A stretch of 63,916 nt of DNA, filler included, from Basidiobolus meristosporus CBS 931.73 (GCA_002104905.1; 4 parts of 4 records of this genome joined end to end with filler, not necessarily neighbours in it), one strand, 5' to 3'. Positions 1 to 13,519 are shown, numbered from the whole stretch's first letter. The notes: generated by a model from the sequence alone, not told the origin. A program made the numbers and translations.

Positions 1-1037
1 GGGACTACGGATACATGCAGTGGGTGCTTGCCGCCAAGGTTTAGGTCTACGGAGGCCTGTGCGTTATACACCAGGTCGCCAATGATGTGGGAAGGAATTT
101 CGTCGGGAAATTCGGAGAGCCCTTGGAACTTACGGAACAGCGAGTCCTTGGGAACCCCCAGTAGTTCCATCATGATCTGCATACGACAACGGTGAGTCAG
201 GCACATCACCACCTCCAGCACTCCTGCCTTACTGGAGTGCTCCAGGACCTGTTGGAGCGCAACAAGCGCACTCTCAGAGCCCTCCAGGCTGAACTGTTTC
301 TGATGGCCACACTCACGCATCATGTAATGATCGAAGGTTTCCGACCTGGCCATCAACTCAAGAAACTTGTACTTTTCCTCCTTGGAGAAGTTGGTGTCGA
401 TACATGTCTCCGCTTGGCTAGCAAACCACCTGCGCAAAGAGTCGTCCTGCACATAAACATTAGTGGGTGTCAAGCTGAATCATCACATAGCAAGAGGGCT
501 TACGGTGATGTGCATAAACTCAAATGCCATGTGGCCACAGTAAACATTCTCGAGATGCTCGATGATCTGAGCAAGCGTTGCTTTTGACAGACCCTTCATA
601 CTCACAATTCCTAATGCACTGGTGAGTATTGCAGTCAGTGATCAGTAGTGGCTGATCTTACCTTCAAGTTGGTATTCGGCTTGAGGGTCATCTAGTCCAT
701 AGGTTGATGGGTCCAAGGACGCGTCGCGGCTGCAAGTTCATGATGTTAGCTATTGGGGTTCATCACACATGGATGGTGAGCATACCTCTGATGCCACATA
801 TTCAGTGGATCGATGCTGGCGCATTTGTGGCCAAATGAGCGATATGCGTCCACTAGACGGACGAGGTTGCTATTCTGAATTCGGTTGGCTATTTCTGATT
901 TACTGACTGGTGTGATGTGGTCAGTACTGATGGATCAATCGAGAGTAGCATGAACACTTCTTACATTCTTTCACGGTAGCTCTCCTAGCGCTTCTAGCAC
1001 CATAAAAGGAGGAGCCATTCGAGTTGGAGATGGTCAT
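1..1037 (-). CDS. DHTKD1: DHTKD1-like 2-oxoadipate/2-oxoglutarate dehydrogenase E1, 5' part (runs off the window start); multi-exon
   Basis: Manual minus-strand translation with GT-AG introns at 730-785, 611-661 and 447-503 gives LVRLVDAYRSFGHKCASIDPL...LENVYCGHMAFEFMHI...ETFDHYMM...SLEGSES...FRKFQGLSEFP...KHPLHVSVVP. This parallels DHTKD1 motifs (RKMRGLSEFP, HPLHVTMLP). The start at ATG 1037 and the first intron are tentative. The plus-strand ORF 192-587 is its antisense shadow. Confidence 0.85.
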
Positions 1038-1789
1038 GATGAATGCGGTGCAGTGCAAGATTGATGCTCGTACCTGGGTGACAAGCTGGGCTTTTATTCA
1101 GGTTGTTCGACCTCTGCACTTTGCATGAATTTATTCCTTGGCGTTAAACATTGTCTCTGATTAGGAGATCAATATGCTGTAAAGGTGGACTGTGTGGCAT
1201 CATCGGCAATGCAAGATGTGGTGATAAAATGCAGAATAGTTTGTAGACTTGGCAATCTTACGGGCTCGTTGAGTCATGACTACTTGTCCAATGACAGTGA
1301 GATGAGCTGACTGCTAATGTCAAGTTCGAAATTAATAGGTAAAAGGTGGTGTCTGTGCTGGGATGGATAGACATATAGTAATATTGTTGCTCACTGATGA
1401 GTCCTGCCAATCACATTGCCAGTCTTTAGTGTGAAGTTTACTGAATATCCTGGATATTCCATTACCGTAATTGGTGATATATATGGATCTTGAGGTGGAA
1501 GTTGTGAATAGATTTGATTAACTTAGCGCACTTGATTTTTTTATTCATACTGTATAGTGCATTGTTGACTTATTTAATTTATGCACTTCGAGCACTTTTG
1601 TCAGCGTGTTGATAGGATTGGCATTTCTCACATGTGTGGACTTTGTCTTCAGGTCTAGTGTAACCTAAAAGGTTGATTATATGCACGGTAATATTTGGAG
1701 GGATCAGAGATAATGAAGCTTCTCAACTCCCTCAGTGTAGACTAGGTATTACTCTGAGTTAATCAATGAATACATAGTGGCAAGTATTT

Positions 1790-2255
1790 GACCATATATT
1801 AACCATACTCTTCAAGAATATATTTATCTAGTAGTGAAACTTGTTAGAGTTCTTGTAACATTAGCGGTGATTGAGAGAACACGTGGATCATGTAGTTTTG
1901 TTATAAGTCCTGTACTTACACCTAAACATTCACCAAGCTTGGTCATCAAACAGAGTAAAATCATGAAGTATTCTGTTATAACTTCTATTATAAAGAAATG
2001 CAGCTTAATTGCCTGATTTGACCCAAATACCATTGGGCAGTTTTGGATGATGAATTATGGATATTGCCATATCAAATATGGACCTGTTTGAGCATTCTGT
2101 CACTTCATGTAGCTGTGAGAAGTATTGTACAGTAGTCTTATGCTTTATCCCATGTATCTTACATAGGTGTATGAAGAACTTAGAGTAGTATTCTCCACCA
2201 TTACTGGTACACATTTTCTCAACATTTTCACTAATCTCACTTTCCATCACAGCTT
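1790..2255 (-). mobile_element. Ty1/copia integrase remnant
   Basis: ORF 2005-2250 (SNGGEYYS...GIKHKTTV..SQLHEVTECSNRSIFDMA) is a decayed copy of the DNGGEY...TVPYSPQQNGVAE integrase core of the copia copies further on. Confidence 0.7.
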
Positions 2256-2829
2256 TCAGCTCCCTGTACTTACACAGTGCTACAACCTACTTACTATGAG
2301 TTAGGCTCACACATATCTAGTATAATCATCAAGAAATGTGATTAAATACCTTGTTCAACCTACAGATAAATTGTGCATAGGTTTGCACAAATATTGGTGA
2401 GCCTGACAAATTTTTTTTGTTTTGATTGACCTAGAGCTTGTGAATGATGGTCTGACATGTTTCCCATAAATGAAGGATTCACAGAGCTCCAAGTCAGCTA
2501 GGGGACTCATTCTACTGTAGAAATCAAAGCTGGTAAAACACCTTCAGGTTTTTTCCATATATAGCATTTGCATATATTGGTAAGTTGGGTCTGCTAAAAT
2601 ATATGTAGACTGCAATAGGATCATTTGAGTGCTACACAAGGCCTGTTAGAGGGCCACCAAAAACCATCAAGCTTATTTACCTATTTAGCAATAAAATCAG
2701 CATATCACCATCACAATACTATCACAAGATCATGAAGAGGGTCAATAATTTCAAGCTGCCAGCATAATAAAGGCTCATTGTGGAGTCTTGACAACTGATT
2801 TGAATTGTATCCACCTGCTGGACCATGTA

Positions 2830-3420
2830 AATATCATCAAAATGTTGGACCCCAGATTTCACAAAAAACTTAGTCTGCATTTCCTATCACTACAATACAA
2901 AAGTGGTTGTTTATTGGTTCCCTGCTAATTCTCTCACTTTCAGATCCTGGACGCTCAATTACACCCTATCTATGTGTATATTGATTGACTATTAGCTCTC
3001 TTTGACACTCCTTACTTCCTGACTCAACCAATGCTCTTACTTTTTGTGCATAAATTGGTTTATTTTGTTGAAGCTTCAGTAGTAGCTCAATTGCCAGATG
3101 TTTTGACCTATACAAGTCTCAATGTCCCACACTAACACTAAGTCTGACCCCACACTCAACAAAGAACTCCATTAAGATCCACCATTAAATAAGTATTACC
3201 AATGTTTTGCCCTTTTTCCACTTCATTTGCCAGTCATTGCAATGAGTCCTTGCAATATTCAAGTGCATTTTTATGAGCGCCACTCTTGATGAAGTGCTAT
3301 AACCTCTTGGTATGCCTATTAATGTTCCAAAACTTCATTGTAGGCATTGTGATAGTCTTATAAGTTATTGACATTGTTACTATTGTCAGTGGGATCAATT
3401 TTGAGCAGTGACATTCAAAA
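2830..3420 (-). repeat. Unclassified dispersed repeat (family X), decayed copy
   Basis: By-eye homology to 19390-20040 (ccccagatttcacaaaaaact; cactcaacaa..actccattaa.atccacca). A further piece lies at about 3925-4030. Confidence 0.6.
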
Positions 3421-3665
3421 ACCTGGCCAATTTTACTCCCTAAGTAAAAAAATTGAGAAAAGGCCAGCAAAATACCGTCATAGTATCAGCTCAGTTCTAA
3501 GGTTGTGAAAATTGACTACTCTCAATATCTCTGTTTAGAGCTGATGTTCAGGCAAGCAAATAGGTTCTCCAGGAGGAGACTAGGCAAACTAGCATCCATA
3601 CCAAGTTTGGCAATTAGCTGCCCATTACTTCCATCAAAAATTGCATTTGAAATTTCAAACCCATA

Positions 3666-3733
3666 ACACCAGCTGAACACCAGCTGAATACCAGCAAAAT
3701 ACCATTAGAATACCAGCAGAGTACCAGCTGAAA
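3666..3733. repeat. Short imperfect tandem repeat, about 11-bp unit (ACCAGCTGAAY) x6
   Basis: acaccagctga acaccagctga ataccagcaaa ataccattaga ataccagcaga gtaccagctga read directly. Confidence 0.7.
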
Positions 3734-4018
3734 TTTAGATGAATTCCAAGTTTTGGATTTTTCATAGGATACTATGTTAGAAAAGCTAGTACCCTAACTG
3801 ATTTTCACCAACTCAAACATAGCTAATTCCAGTTATGGTTTACTTTATCCCACCTCTGAATATATTTTAGCTGTCACTCCTGATCAATTCTCATGTGGTC
3901 ATTATGTCCTCAACTGATCTGCTAAGCATGGGTAGACTTTTCCCCCTTTATCTTTTCCTTTGTCACTACTGGGTCTTTCACCACTACTTTGTCTGAGTGC
4001 TCTTTGCATTGAGCTACA

Positions 4019-7000
4019 TTTTCGCAAAATTTGGGGCTGTTTGGATAGCTATGAGAATTTTCATGTGCCGGGTACCTGATATTTGGCTGAAAATATTCTA
4101 AGTAAATCCCAACAAGGATTTTGGACAGTATCCTTTTGGATTTGAAGATAATGATATAAGTGACTATGTTAGGTGAATATTTAGGTGGAATTACAAACTT
4201 TTGCAACACTTCCACTCAGCCAAATGTTCATACTGACTAGTCCTAATTTTGACCTAAGATATTCAAACTTGACTCTAGCTAATGGTTTGATAAATATGTC
4301 TGCAAGCATTCATCTGTAGGACAGTAAGCTAAGCTAACTGAGCTATTCTCTATAGCCTCACCTATGAAATGATGTCTTTTATCTATGTGCTTAGTTCTAG
4401 CATGAAAAGTTGGATTTCTACCTAATTGTATGCACTCTGGATTATCTTGAAATAAAGTAATAGGCTTTTTTTGACATAGGCTTAAATCTGTAAAAAGGTT
4501 CCTTAATCACATTACTTATTTTGTTGCTTCAGAGGTTGCCATATGCTCTGCCTCTGTGGTAGAAAGTGCTATGGTTGGTTGCTTTCTTGATTTCCATGAA
4601 ATTGCTCCCCTACAGTAAAGAAGGTATATCATGTAGTGGATCCTCTATCTTCCAAATTTTGTCCCCAATCTGAGTCAGAGTATCCCACAAGATCTTGTTC
4701 TGAATCCTTATAAGTGTATTGTAAGCAGATATCAGCAGTTCCTTTTAGGTATCTAAAAATCCGCTCAACTGCTGCAATATGATCAGATCCATAGTTCTGA
4801 TTATGTTGGCTGACAGCTCCCATTGAATATGATATATCTGGAAATGTTCCATGTATGATTTACATCAGACTGTCAATTATTGATTGATAAGGAAACTCAG
4901 GGCTTTCAGAGGGCACCAAGCTCTCTTGATTTGGTTGAGTTTTGACCAAGTTAAGGTTTGGCTCCATTGCGGTAGCTGCTGGTTTACAGTCATCCACTTT
5001 GTACATCTTTAATACATCTTCAGTATACTTGGATTGGCTTAGGGTAATAGTCTGCGTACTTCTGTCTATGGAGAATGTAATCCCTAAGTAGTAACTGAGC
5101 TCTCCTAGATTGGGTATCTTGCACTTCTTAGAAAGGCTGAATATAGTCTCTTCCAATGCTTCTAGGTTATTGGTGGCTATAACAAGGTCATCCACATATA
5201 GAGCTAATAGATCTAAATTTGCTCTATCTGGCTTATAGTATATACTATTGTCAGCATTACTCCATTTAAAACTCAAAGATTCCAAATAAGAATCTATCTT
5301 GCAATTCCAGGCTCTTGGTGAATATTTGATACCATATAGAGACCTTTAAGCCTGCAGACCAAATGGGGGTTATCTTAGTCAACAAGCCAGTCAGGCTGGT
5401 CAATATATATGTTTTTATCATGCTCTCCATTCAAAAATGCAGCTTTTGCATTCATTTGATGGATTAAACACTTATATTTGGCTGCAATAGCTAATACTAA
5501 TCTGATGGAATTAAACTTGGCTACTTGTGCAAAGGTCCTGGTAAAGTCAAGTCCTTTTGCTTGAGAGTATTTTTTGGCCACAAGTCTTGCTTTGTATCTT
5601 TCAATTGTACCATCAGCCTTGTATTTTGTCCTGAAGCCCCATCTGCATGCAATTGATTTTTGGTTGATTGGTAACTTGACCAAGTCCCCAGTTTGATTTT
5701 CCATCAGGGCCTGATATTCCTCAGTCATTGCAGATCTCCCAAACTTTGTCTGAGAGCTATTTAGGGCCTCTTTTACAGACTGGGGTTCATCAATATGAAC
5801 TTAATAGGCATAGCTAAGTTTGTACCCTCATTGATATAGTTATTGGGCTATATCTTGTTCAATTGAATCACTGGGCATTTGATACTGGAAATGATAACTT
5901 CTGGGATATTCCTGGGCACTGTTTCAGGCAGAACCACGGTTTTAGAGTCCTCTGGAGTGAGAAAACTTTCATTGTTTTGCTCTGATTCAATCCTGATAAT
6001 TGGTGGACTTGAGATGGGATTGTTGTCATTACTTGATTTCATTTTTTGTGAAAATTTTGAATTTTCATCCAACAACACATCCCTGGACTTGATTAGCTTC
6101 TTTGCTTTGGTATTGAAGAGTCTGTATGCTTTACTCTCACTGCAGTAGCCCAAAAATATGTCTTTACATTTTTTGGCTCAAATTTTGACTGATTTCCAGG
6201 CAGTTTATTGGCATATGCTCTACACCCAAATATTCTTAGATGCTCTGCACTTGGTCTGTGTCCATACCATGCTTCAAATGGAGTAGAATCTCAAAGTATT
6301 CTGTTACAACCTCTATTTTTAAGGTATACAGCTATGGCAACTGATTCCGCCCAAAAGTCAGAGGATAGTTTTTGATCATGCTCATAGATCTTGCCATATC
6401 AATTATTGATCTGTTGGCATGCTCTGCTACTCTATTTTGCTGTGGGCAGTATGGTACAGTAGTCTCTTACTTTATCCCATGAATTTTGCAGATGTGGATG
6501 AAGTATTTTGAGGTTTATTCTCTACCATTGTCAGAGCTTATTTTGTTGATTTTTTCACCAGTTTCTCTCTTCACCATGGCATTGAACTCCCTGAATTTAG
6601 TCAGAGCTTCTTCCTTTCTCTCCAGGAAGTAAACCTACTTGCATCTTGTAAAATCATCAATAAAAGTGATTAAATACTTCATTTTGATTAACCTGGAGCT
6701 CTTGAACAGTTGTCTGGCTTGTTTCACATATGTGCAGGCTTCACAGTGCTTCAAATTAGCTGGGGGATCAATTTCTACTCTGGGAATTAGTTGATCTTTA
6801 ATCATTTTGTGCAAATAACTAAAATTGATGTGTGCAAATCTCCTGTGCCAAAGCATTGGTGTTTCTTCATTGAAGTTACTTATATTGGCTTCCAGATATG
6901 ATGGAATATAAGTCAACTTATATAGACTCTGATCTTAAATATTCAAAGCAACATGGGCACCATTTTGATCAGTGATCTTGCATCCAGAGTTGTCAAAGCT

Positions 7001-8466
7001 TAAACCAAGTCCTTCTGCTGTGGCCTTGCTTACAGATGGTAGGTTCTTGGCTATTTCTGGTACATAAAGTACTTCTTTAAAGGCCAGTGTATGGCTCCCT
7101 TCACTGCTTCTTATGCTTACCTGGATAGCTCCTTCTCCCAATGCATCAAGTGTTCTATTGTCACCCATGAAAACCTTCTTGATTGTAATTTCTTGATATT
7201 CGGTAAAAATTTCTTTTTGGTGTGTACAGTGTTGATATGCTCCAGAGTCAATATACTACATCTGAGAATTCTTATTTGTGGCCATATTTAGTGCAAATAT
7301 GACTAGTCTATCTTCAGTTGTTGCAGCATTTCCAAATTCAGACTCTTCCTGCCAACTATCTCCTCTTGAAGCACTGACCTTGTGTGAGTCCTTTCCTTTT
7401 GCAGTAGTTGCAAAACAGGTTGCTATTACCTTTAAAAGGTCTGGGGTACCTCCTTTGTTGGTTATCATTGCTTATTAAAGCATCTTCTTCTTCCTTCTTA
7501 TTGGCACTTGATTTTCTTAATTCTTCATCCAGGAGCCTTCCATATATGTAATTTAAGAGCAAATATTCAATTCTGGACTCTAGGGCTGATACAAGGCCAT
7601 GAAACCTATCTGTCAGGCTATTCAGGATGGTAACTATTACATCCTCATCAGTATTTGGTATGCCCACAGATTTCATTTCATCTACCAGTAGAATACTTCT
7701 GTTAATTAGATTTTGCATTTCTTCTCCTGGCAGCATCTTTATAGTAAAGAATTTTTGTCTTGGATACATTTTCTTAGCAGCTGAGCATGACTGGTAGGTG
7801 TCTTCTAATACCTTCCAGGCATTCATTGCTGTTTTTGCTCTTGAGCATTGAACTAGCAATATATCTTCAATATTAAGGAAAATGCAGTTAAAGGTACTTT
7901 GTTCCTTCTTCTGGTACTTTAAGGCTTCCTCTCCCATGTTTTTAGGAGGGAATTCTTCCGCCATGACAATATCCCAAAGGCCTCTTTCTTGTAGCAGCAT
8001 CTTCATCTTCACCTTCCATACTTGGTAGTTAGATCCATCCAGCTTGTCAGCAGAGGGAAACTTTCCAGTAACAGCAGTAGTAGATACTGCAGAGAGTGAC
8101 AGCTTGGGGCTCATTACCTGCTGTAAGAGTCTTTTAGATATTGGAAGTGATTGGGAGGACAAGTAGATTATGTGGTTTTCACCTAATGACTTATTGAGTG
8201 TAAAAGTAGTGTTTATACTTTTAAATGATCTTGGAACTACAAACACACAGAATAAGTAAAGAAAAATCCCAAGAACATGTGTGCAAAGTTTGGGGCTGTT
8301 TGGACAACTTTGAGAATTTTCATGTTCTGGGTACCTGATATTTTGGTGAAAATATTCCAAGTAAATCCCAACAAGGAATTTGGTTAGTATCCTCTAGGAT
8401 TTGAAGGTAGTGATCTAAGTGACTAAGTTAGGGGAATATCTACATGGAATTATGAATTTTTCAACA
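4019..8466 (-). mobile_element. Ty1/copia LTR retrotransposon copy 1, decayed
   Basis: 5' LTR 8119-8466, PBS GGTAATGAGCCC 8107-8118, then fragments of gag (KLDGSNYQVWKVKMKMLL), protease, GAG-pre-integrase (LWHRRFAHIN), integrase, RT (LYVDDL) and RNase H (YSDSDWG). PPT at 4209-4219 and a truncated 3' LTR at about 4019-4208. Many stops and frameshifts. Confidence 0.92.
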
Positions 8467-8536
8467 GAATATATATGTCTGCAGGAAGTCTGTTTACCCT
8501 ACCACAGCAGGAAGACAATATTCTTAGTGTTGGTGT

Positions 8537-9065
8537 TGTTATGAATAGACACAAGGCAGGAGAGTAGAGCTAGGCAAGGCAGGACCAGGGAAGGACTTAG
8601 GTGTGGATCAACAAGGCAAGGCGGATTTCCAAGACAAGGCTGTTTATTCAAGACCTGTGTTTATCAGACTGAGGAATACTTAAGGGGGGATAGGACTATA
8701 TATACTTTTTGGCTATATTGATGCCGAGAGATGTTAGCTAATACTAATGGGGTTGTGGGGTGAGGCACAGCAATGGTGCTGGGGATAATGACATAGATGA
8801 CACGGTACTGAGACAGGATGGGGAAATGGATTGGGTCACCTGATCATGTGACTAAGTCATGTGACCTGGTATTTCCATATATGGTACTGGACTATAAAAA
8901 ATACGATGGAAAGCTTCCATGGAATGTTCCATTGTGTAACAATGGTTTGGAATGGTCAGGAACTTTCTGGAAGGTGGTAGAAGGTTCCGGAAGGAATCTC
9001 TTAGAAATTGAGCTGGGAAGCTGAAACTTGGCATGGGTGTTCATGGTTGTCATGTGATCATGACA
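8537..9065 (-). repeat. Chromovirus 3' LTR
   Basis: Direct repeat of 13926-14454; abuts the PPT and the pol stop codon. Confidence 0.97.
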
Positions 9066-12000
9066 CTATTCTCCTCTTCCAGGCGGAGCTCTGTTTCCCT
9101 TTGGGGCAGGTTTTGCAGGATATTGTTGGTGGAACTGGGTAACTAGTTCTTGACAATTAGTGAGATGTGTAGCTGGTTCCCATGTTTGGTCACTTGGGCC
9201 ATAACCAATCCAGTCTACTAAGTAGTACAGCTTTGACCGGATATACTTGGAGTCTAGAATCTGTTTAACTTCAAATTCTTGATGTTGGTCAACCTGGATA
9301 GCTTGGGGCTTTGCTTCTTGCCGGTTTGGCAATGTGTTCCTACAATACGGCTCCAGGAGGGACACATGGAAAGTATCATGGATTTTCATACTTGCTGGTA
9401 ACTGTAGCTGATATACTATAGGGCTAAGCTTCTTCTTGATCTTGAACGGACCAAGTTTCTTGAAATCCAACTTGTCACAAGGGCGGTTGGTGCTGATGTT
9501 TCTTCTGAGCAACCATACAGAATCTCCTTCATTAAGATCAGGGCTGGGATGCCGTTTTAGATTGGCAAATTTCTTGTAGCTTTGCTGAGCTAAGGATAGC
9601 TCTTCCTTGAGGGTGTTCTGGATGTCCTGGATTGCTTGGGCATGTTCAGCCGCATGTGGGCTCATTGGGTTTGTTGGAATCTGGATATCAAACTGAGGGT
9701 GGAATCCATAGTTTGCATAGAATGGTGTAAAACCGGTTGCACTATGACTTGAGTTGTTGTAGGCAAACTCAGCAACAGGGAGTAGATCAACCCAATTGTC
9801 TTGCTGGTAATTGATATAGCACCGGAGGTATTGCTCCAGAATCTGGTTGATTCTTTCAGTCTGGCCATCAGACTGTGGATGGAAGGCAGTAGAGAGCTTG
9901 ACTTGAACACCAAGGTATTGCATGAAGTGTTTCCAAAACTTGGACACAAACTGTGGGCCTCTATCTGACACAATATCACTGGGGATACCATGAAGGCGGA
10001 AAATATTCTTCAGGACTAAAGCAGCAGTTTCTTTTGCATCAGTGTTCTTACAGCAAGGGATGAAGTGAGCCATCTTGGTCAGCCGGTCAGCCACTACAAG
10101 TATAGCATTGAAGCCACATGACTCAGGGAGGTCAGTAATGAAGTCCATAGATATAGATCTCCATTGGTGTTCTGGGATAGGCAGGGGTTGAAGAAGTCCA
10201 TAGGGCTGGTGTCTGGCTGGTTTTGCACGGTTGCAAATATCACAAGTCAGAATGTACTCTTTGATAAGAGTTATCATTCTAGGCCACCAGAAATCTCTTT
10301 TGATAGCATTCAAGGTTTTGGCAGTACCAAAGTGGCCTGCAGCCATTGAATCATGCCGAGACTTAATGATGTCTAGCTGGGTGGCAAGGTCTGGGACATA
10401 AAGCTGCTGCTTGTGGTAGATGAGGTTGTTTACCAAATGCAGGTTCTGGATGTTTGGGAACTTGGGAGGGGGCCCAACTGGGGATTCCAGATATTTCTTG
10501 ATGGTGCTGGAAGTCATATCAGAGGCTTGGGATTCTGATATCCTTACTAGGAATGAAGGGATGACAAGACTTGAGGACTGGGTGGCAAGAATCTCAAAAT
10601 GTTTCTTGCTCAGCAATGGGTGTTCCATTTGCCGACAGGCATCATCTCCCTCTTCCAGGGCATATTCCTTTTTTCTGGACAGGGCATCAGGCTTTCCTTG
10701 CTTTGCACCAGGTCTATAGGTGATAGTAAAGTCAAAGCTGGACAGGAAGAGTGACCATCTGGCTTGTCTCCGGTTTAGTACTTTGGAAGTTGTAAAGTAC
10801 TCAAGGTTCTTATGGTCACAGAAGACTTTGATTTTGTGTTTTGCACCGTCCAGGTAGTGTCTCCATTGCTCAAAGGCTACAATGATGGCAAGCAACTCCT
10901 TATCATAGATATCGTAGTTGATCTCTGCAGGGGAAAACTTCCGAGAGTAGAATGCAATGGGGTGCAACACATTGTCCTCATCATACTGGGAGAGTATGGC
11001 ACCAAGGGCAAAATCAGAAGCATCAGTCTCCACTATGAATTGCTTCTCAAGGTCAGGGTGGGCAAGCAGGGGGGCCTTCAGGAAAGATTTCTTGAGTTGG
11101 TTGAATGAGCTGGATTGCTCCTCATTCCAGGCAAAAGGTGTGTTCTTCTGGGTAAGCTTTGTCAGAGGGGTGACTATCTTGGAGTAGTTGGCTATGAACC
11201 TGCGATAGAAGTTGGCAAATCCCAGGAAGGATTGTACTTCCTTGACTGAGCTTGGTGTTTTCCAGGATTGGACTGAGTCAACTTTCTTTGGGTCCATTCT
11301 TGTTCCCTCAGGGCTGATGAGATAACCAAGAAATTCCACTTCTCTCTGGTCAAATTCACACTTCTCTAGCTTGGCATAGAGACCGGCAGAGTCTAGTTTT
11401 CTCAATACTTTCTTGACATGTTCATCATGTTCATCTTGGCTCTTGGAGTATATGAGAATATCATCAAGGTAGATTACCACAAAATGGTCAAGGTATTCAC
11501 GGAATATGTCATTCATGAGGTGTTGAAACACAGCAGGGGCATTGGTGAGGCCAAATGGCATTACTTTGTATTCAAAGTGGCCATATCTTGTGCGAAAGGC
11601 AGTTTTCCATTCATCACCAGGCTTGATTCTGACAAGATTGTAAGCTCCTCTCAAGTCTATCTTGGTGAAGACTTGGGCAGCAGATAGCTGATCCAACAGT
11701 GTGTTGATCAGGGGCAGGGGGTAGCGGTTCTTGACTGTGATTTTATTCAAAGCACGGTAGTCCACACACATTCTGAGGGTGCCATCCTTCTTCTTGACAA
11801 AGAGGATTGGGGCTCCAGCAGGTGATTTGGAGTGCTGAATAAAACCCTTCTGGAGGTTTTCTTGAATATAACCATGGAGTTCTTTCAACTCCGGCTGGGA
11901 GAGGTTATATATTGGGCCAAATGGAGGGACTTTTCCATCTTCAAGGTCAATAGGGCAGTCATAAGGCCGATGGTCAGGGAGGAGTTCTGCTTTCTTCTTG

Positions 12001-12614
12001 TCAAAGACATGGGCAAACTCTTGGTACTTGGCCGGTATAGTTGCTGAGGGGGCTCCTTCAGCTGGCAAGGTATCTTGGGCTGTTGAACTGTTGGCAACCG
12101 TCTTTTCATGGTTATCAGGGTCTGGAGATTTCATGGAGTTGACTTGGTGGGATCTGGTGAATGACAGGATCTTGGATTTCCAATCAATACTCGGATTGTG
12201 GTAGCTCAACCATGAGCTTCCAAGCACAATAGGATAGTGTGGTGAGTTGATGATGTTGAAGGCAATTCTTTCTTGGTGGGCAGTACTGGACAGCTGGAGT
12301 AAGCATGTTTCATGGGTAACGGCACCAGAGGAGAGTGATCTTCCATCAATAACTTCTACTTGGACTGGACAGGATTTCAAGGTAACAGGAATAGAGTGCT
12401 TCTGGACAAAGGCTTGGTCAATGAAACAGGATGAAGCACCGGAATCAATCAGGGCTAGGGCTGGGACAGGACTGGAGTCAGGGATCTGGATTTTGACAGG
12501 CATTCTCAAGGACTGTATAGATTTTGTGGCGAAGGAAGATTCTTGGATATGCTGGATTTTCATGGGTGGGTCCAGTTGCAAGCCTGTCAGTGCAACTGGA
12601 CATTGGAGTTTCCC
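9066..12614 (-). CDS. pol: Pol polyprotein: protease-RT-RNase H-integrase-chromodomain (entered by -1 frameshift)
   Basis: ALIDSGAS (PR), VIYLDDILI (RT), [10 protein letters not shown] (RNase H), HHCC zinc motif and D,D(35)E core, KLGPFKI (GPY/F), [24 protein letters not shown] (chromodomain). 1171-aa open frame. Confidence 0.97.
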   Translation of the reverse strand, partial: GKLQCPVALTGLQLDPPMKIQHIQESSFATKSIQSLRMPVKIQIPDSSPVPALALIDSGASSCFIDQAFVQKHSIPVTLKSCPVQVEVIDGRSLSSGAVTHETCLLQLSSTAHQERIAFNIINSPHYPIVLGSSWLSYHNPSIDWKSKILSFTRSHQVNSMKSPDPDNHEKTVANSSTAQDTLPAEGAPSATIPAKYQEFAHVFDKKKAELLPDHRPYDCPIDLEDGKVPPFGPIYNLSQPELKELHGYIQENLQKGFIQHSKSPAGAPILFVKKKDGTLRMCVDYRALNKITVKNRYPLPLINTLLDQLSAAQVFTKIDLRGAYNLVRIKPGDEWKTAFRTRYGHFEYKVMPFGLTNAPAVFQHLMNDIFREYLDHFVVIYLDDILIYSKSQDEHDEHVKKVLRKLDSAGLYAKLEKCEFDQREVEFLGYLISPEGTRMDPKKVDSVQSWKTPSSVKEVQSFLGFANFYRRFIANYSKIVTPLTKLTQKNTPFAWNEEQSSSFNQLKKSFLKAPLLAHPDLEKQFIVETDASDFALGAILSQYDEDNVLHPIAFYSRKFSPAEINYDIYDKELLAIIVAFEQWRHYLDGAKHKIKVFCDHKNLEYFTTSKVLNRRQARWSLFLSSFDFTITYRPGAKQGKPDALSRKKEYALEEGDDACRQMEHPLLSKKHFEILATQSSSLVIPSFLVRISESQASDMTSSTIKKYLESPVGPPPKFPNIQNLHLVNNLIYHKQQLYVPDLATQLDIIKSRHDSMAAGHFGTAKTLNAIKRDFWWPRMITLIKEYILTCDICNRAKPARHQPYGLLQPLPIPEHQWRSISMDFITDLPESCGFNAILVVADRLTKMAHFIPCCKNTDAKETAALVLKNIFRLHGIPSDIVSDRGPQFVSKFWKHFMQYLGVQVKLSTAFHPQSDGQTERINQILEQYLRCYINYQQDNWVDLLPVAEFAYNNSSHSATGFTPFYANYGFHPQFDIQIPTNPMSPHAAEHAQAIQDIQNTLKEELSLAQQSYKKFANLKRHPSPDLNEGDSVWLLRRNISTNRPCDKLDFKKLGPFKIKKKLSPIVYQLQLPASMKIHDTFHVSLLEPYCRNTLPNRQEAKPQAIQVDQHQEFEVKQILDSKYIRSKLYYLVDWIGYGPSDQTWEPATHLTNCQELVTQFHQQYPAKPAPKGNRAPPGRGE
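12570..12614 (-). promoter_or_regulatory. -1 programmed ribosomal frameshift signal (G GGA AAC plus 11-bp stem-loop)
   Basis: Minus strand reads GGGAAAC (12614-12608), a 6-nt spacer, then GTCCAGTTGCA-10 nt-TGCAACTGGAC. A -1 shift here puts gag into the pol frame before the gag TGA. Confidence 0.9.
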
Positions 12615-13519
12615 GACAGATCTGAATCAGGTTGGTTGCTGGAGGACTGCATCAGCTTGAAGCTGGACTTCTTGTTAGGGCAGGACTTGGCAAAGTGACC
12701 TGGTTGGCCACAGTATAGACAGAGGTTGGCTTGTTGACGTCTGGACTTTTCACTCTTTGATAGTTTCTTGTATTTGGCACTATCAATCTGCATAGGATCT
12801 TCTGGAGTGACTTGGGGAGCAGGAGGGGCTGGGACTGCAACAGGAATGTGTCTTTGACGGTTCTTTTGCCTCTTCTGGAATAGTCTGTTATCACACCGGA
12901 TTGCTTGGTGCATAGCTTCAACCAATGTATCTGGATCTGGGAGTGTGAGTAGCAGATCACAAACTTCATCATTGAGGCCATCTTGGAATTGGCTAATCAA
13001 GGCTGCTTGACCCCAGGAGCTGAGGTCACTGGAGAGTTGTCGGAATTCTGAGGCATAGACTGATGCTGGTTTGTTCCCTTGCTTGAGGGTCTTGATCTTG
13101 TTGGCAGCAGTTCTGGCTTGGTCAAGGTTACCAAATGTTAGCTCCATTTCAGTGAGGAAAGCTTGGTAGTCTCTGAGGAGGGGAGAGTTGGTCTCCACTA
13201 ATGGGGAGAACCACTTGAGAGCTGTACCAGTAAGCAAGTTGGAGATGAAACCAACTTTGGCCTGGTCAGTGGGGTACCGGTTGGGCTGGAGTGCAAGATT
13301 GTTCTTCACCATGTTGATGAAGCCACGGAATTCATTCTGAGAGCCATTGAACTTGGTAGCAGGAGTATACTTGGGTTCTTGGTAGACTGGGACATGGCTA
13401 GTTTGCTGGACACTTTGGTTCTGGAACTGAGCAAGAGTGTTTCTGAGGTCTGCATGGTCTTGCTGCAGTTGGGTAAAGGCAGCCATGAGCTGGGCAAAGT
13501 TCAGCTCTAGGTTGGACAT
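12587..13519 (-). CDS. gag: Gag (Ty3/PEG10-like capsid plus CCHC zinc knuckle)
   Basis: First ATG at 13519 (MSNLE). [55 protein letters not shown]. Confidence 0.95.
   Translation of the reverse strand: MSNLELNFAQLMAAFTQLQQDHADLRNTLAQFQNQSVQQTSHVPVYQEPKYTPATKFNGSQNEFRGFINMVKNNLALQPNRYPTDQAKVGFISNLLTGTALKWFSPLVETNSPLLRDYQAFLTEMELTFGNLDQARTAANKIKTLKQGNKPASVYASEFRQLSSDLSSWGQAALISQFQDGLNDEVCDLLLTLPDPDTLVEAMHQAIRCDNRLFQKRQKNRQRHIPVAVPAPPAPQVTPEDPMQIDSAKYKKLSKSEKSRRQQANLCLYCGQPGHFAKSCPNKKSSFKLMQSSSNQPDSDLSGNSNVQLH

Noticed and set aside
192-587. 131-aa plus-strand ORF
   Set aside because: Antisense shadow of the DHTKD1-like exons.
3666-3733. CRISPR-like or functional array
   Set aside because: Eukaryotic context, 11-bp tandem units without spacers; treated as a simple repeat.
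8818-9034. Identical small ORFs repeated at 14207-14423
   Set aside because: Chance ORFs inside the two identical LTRs.
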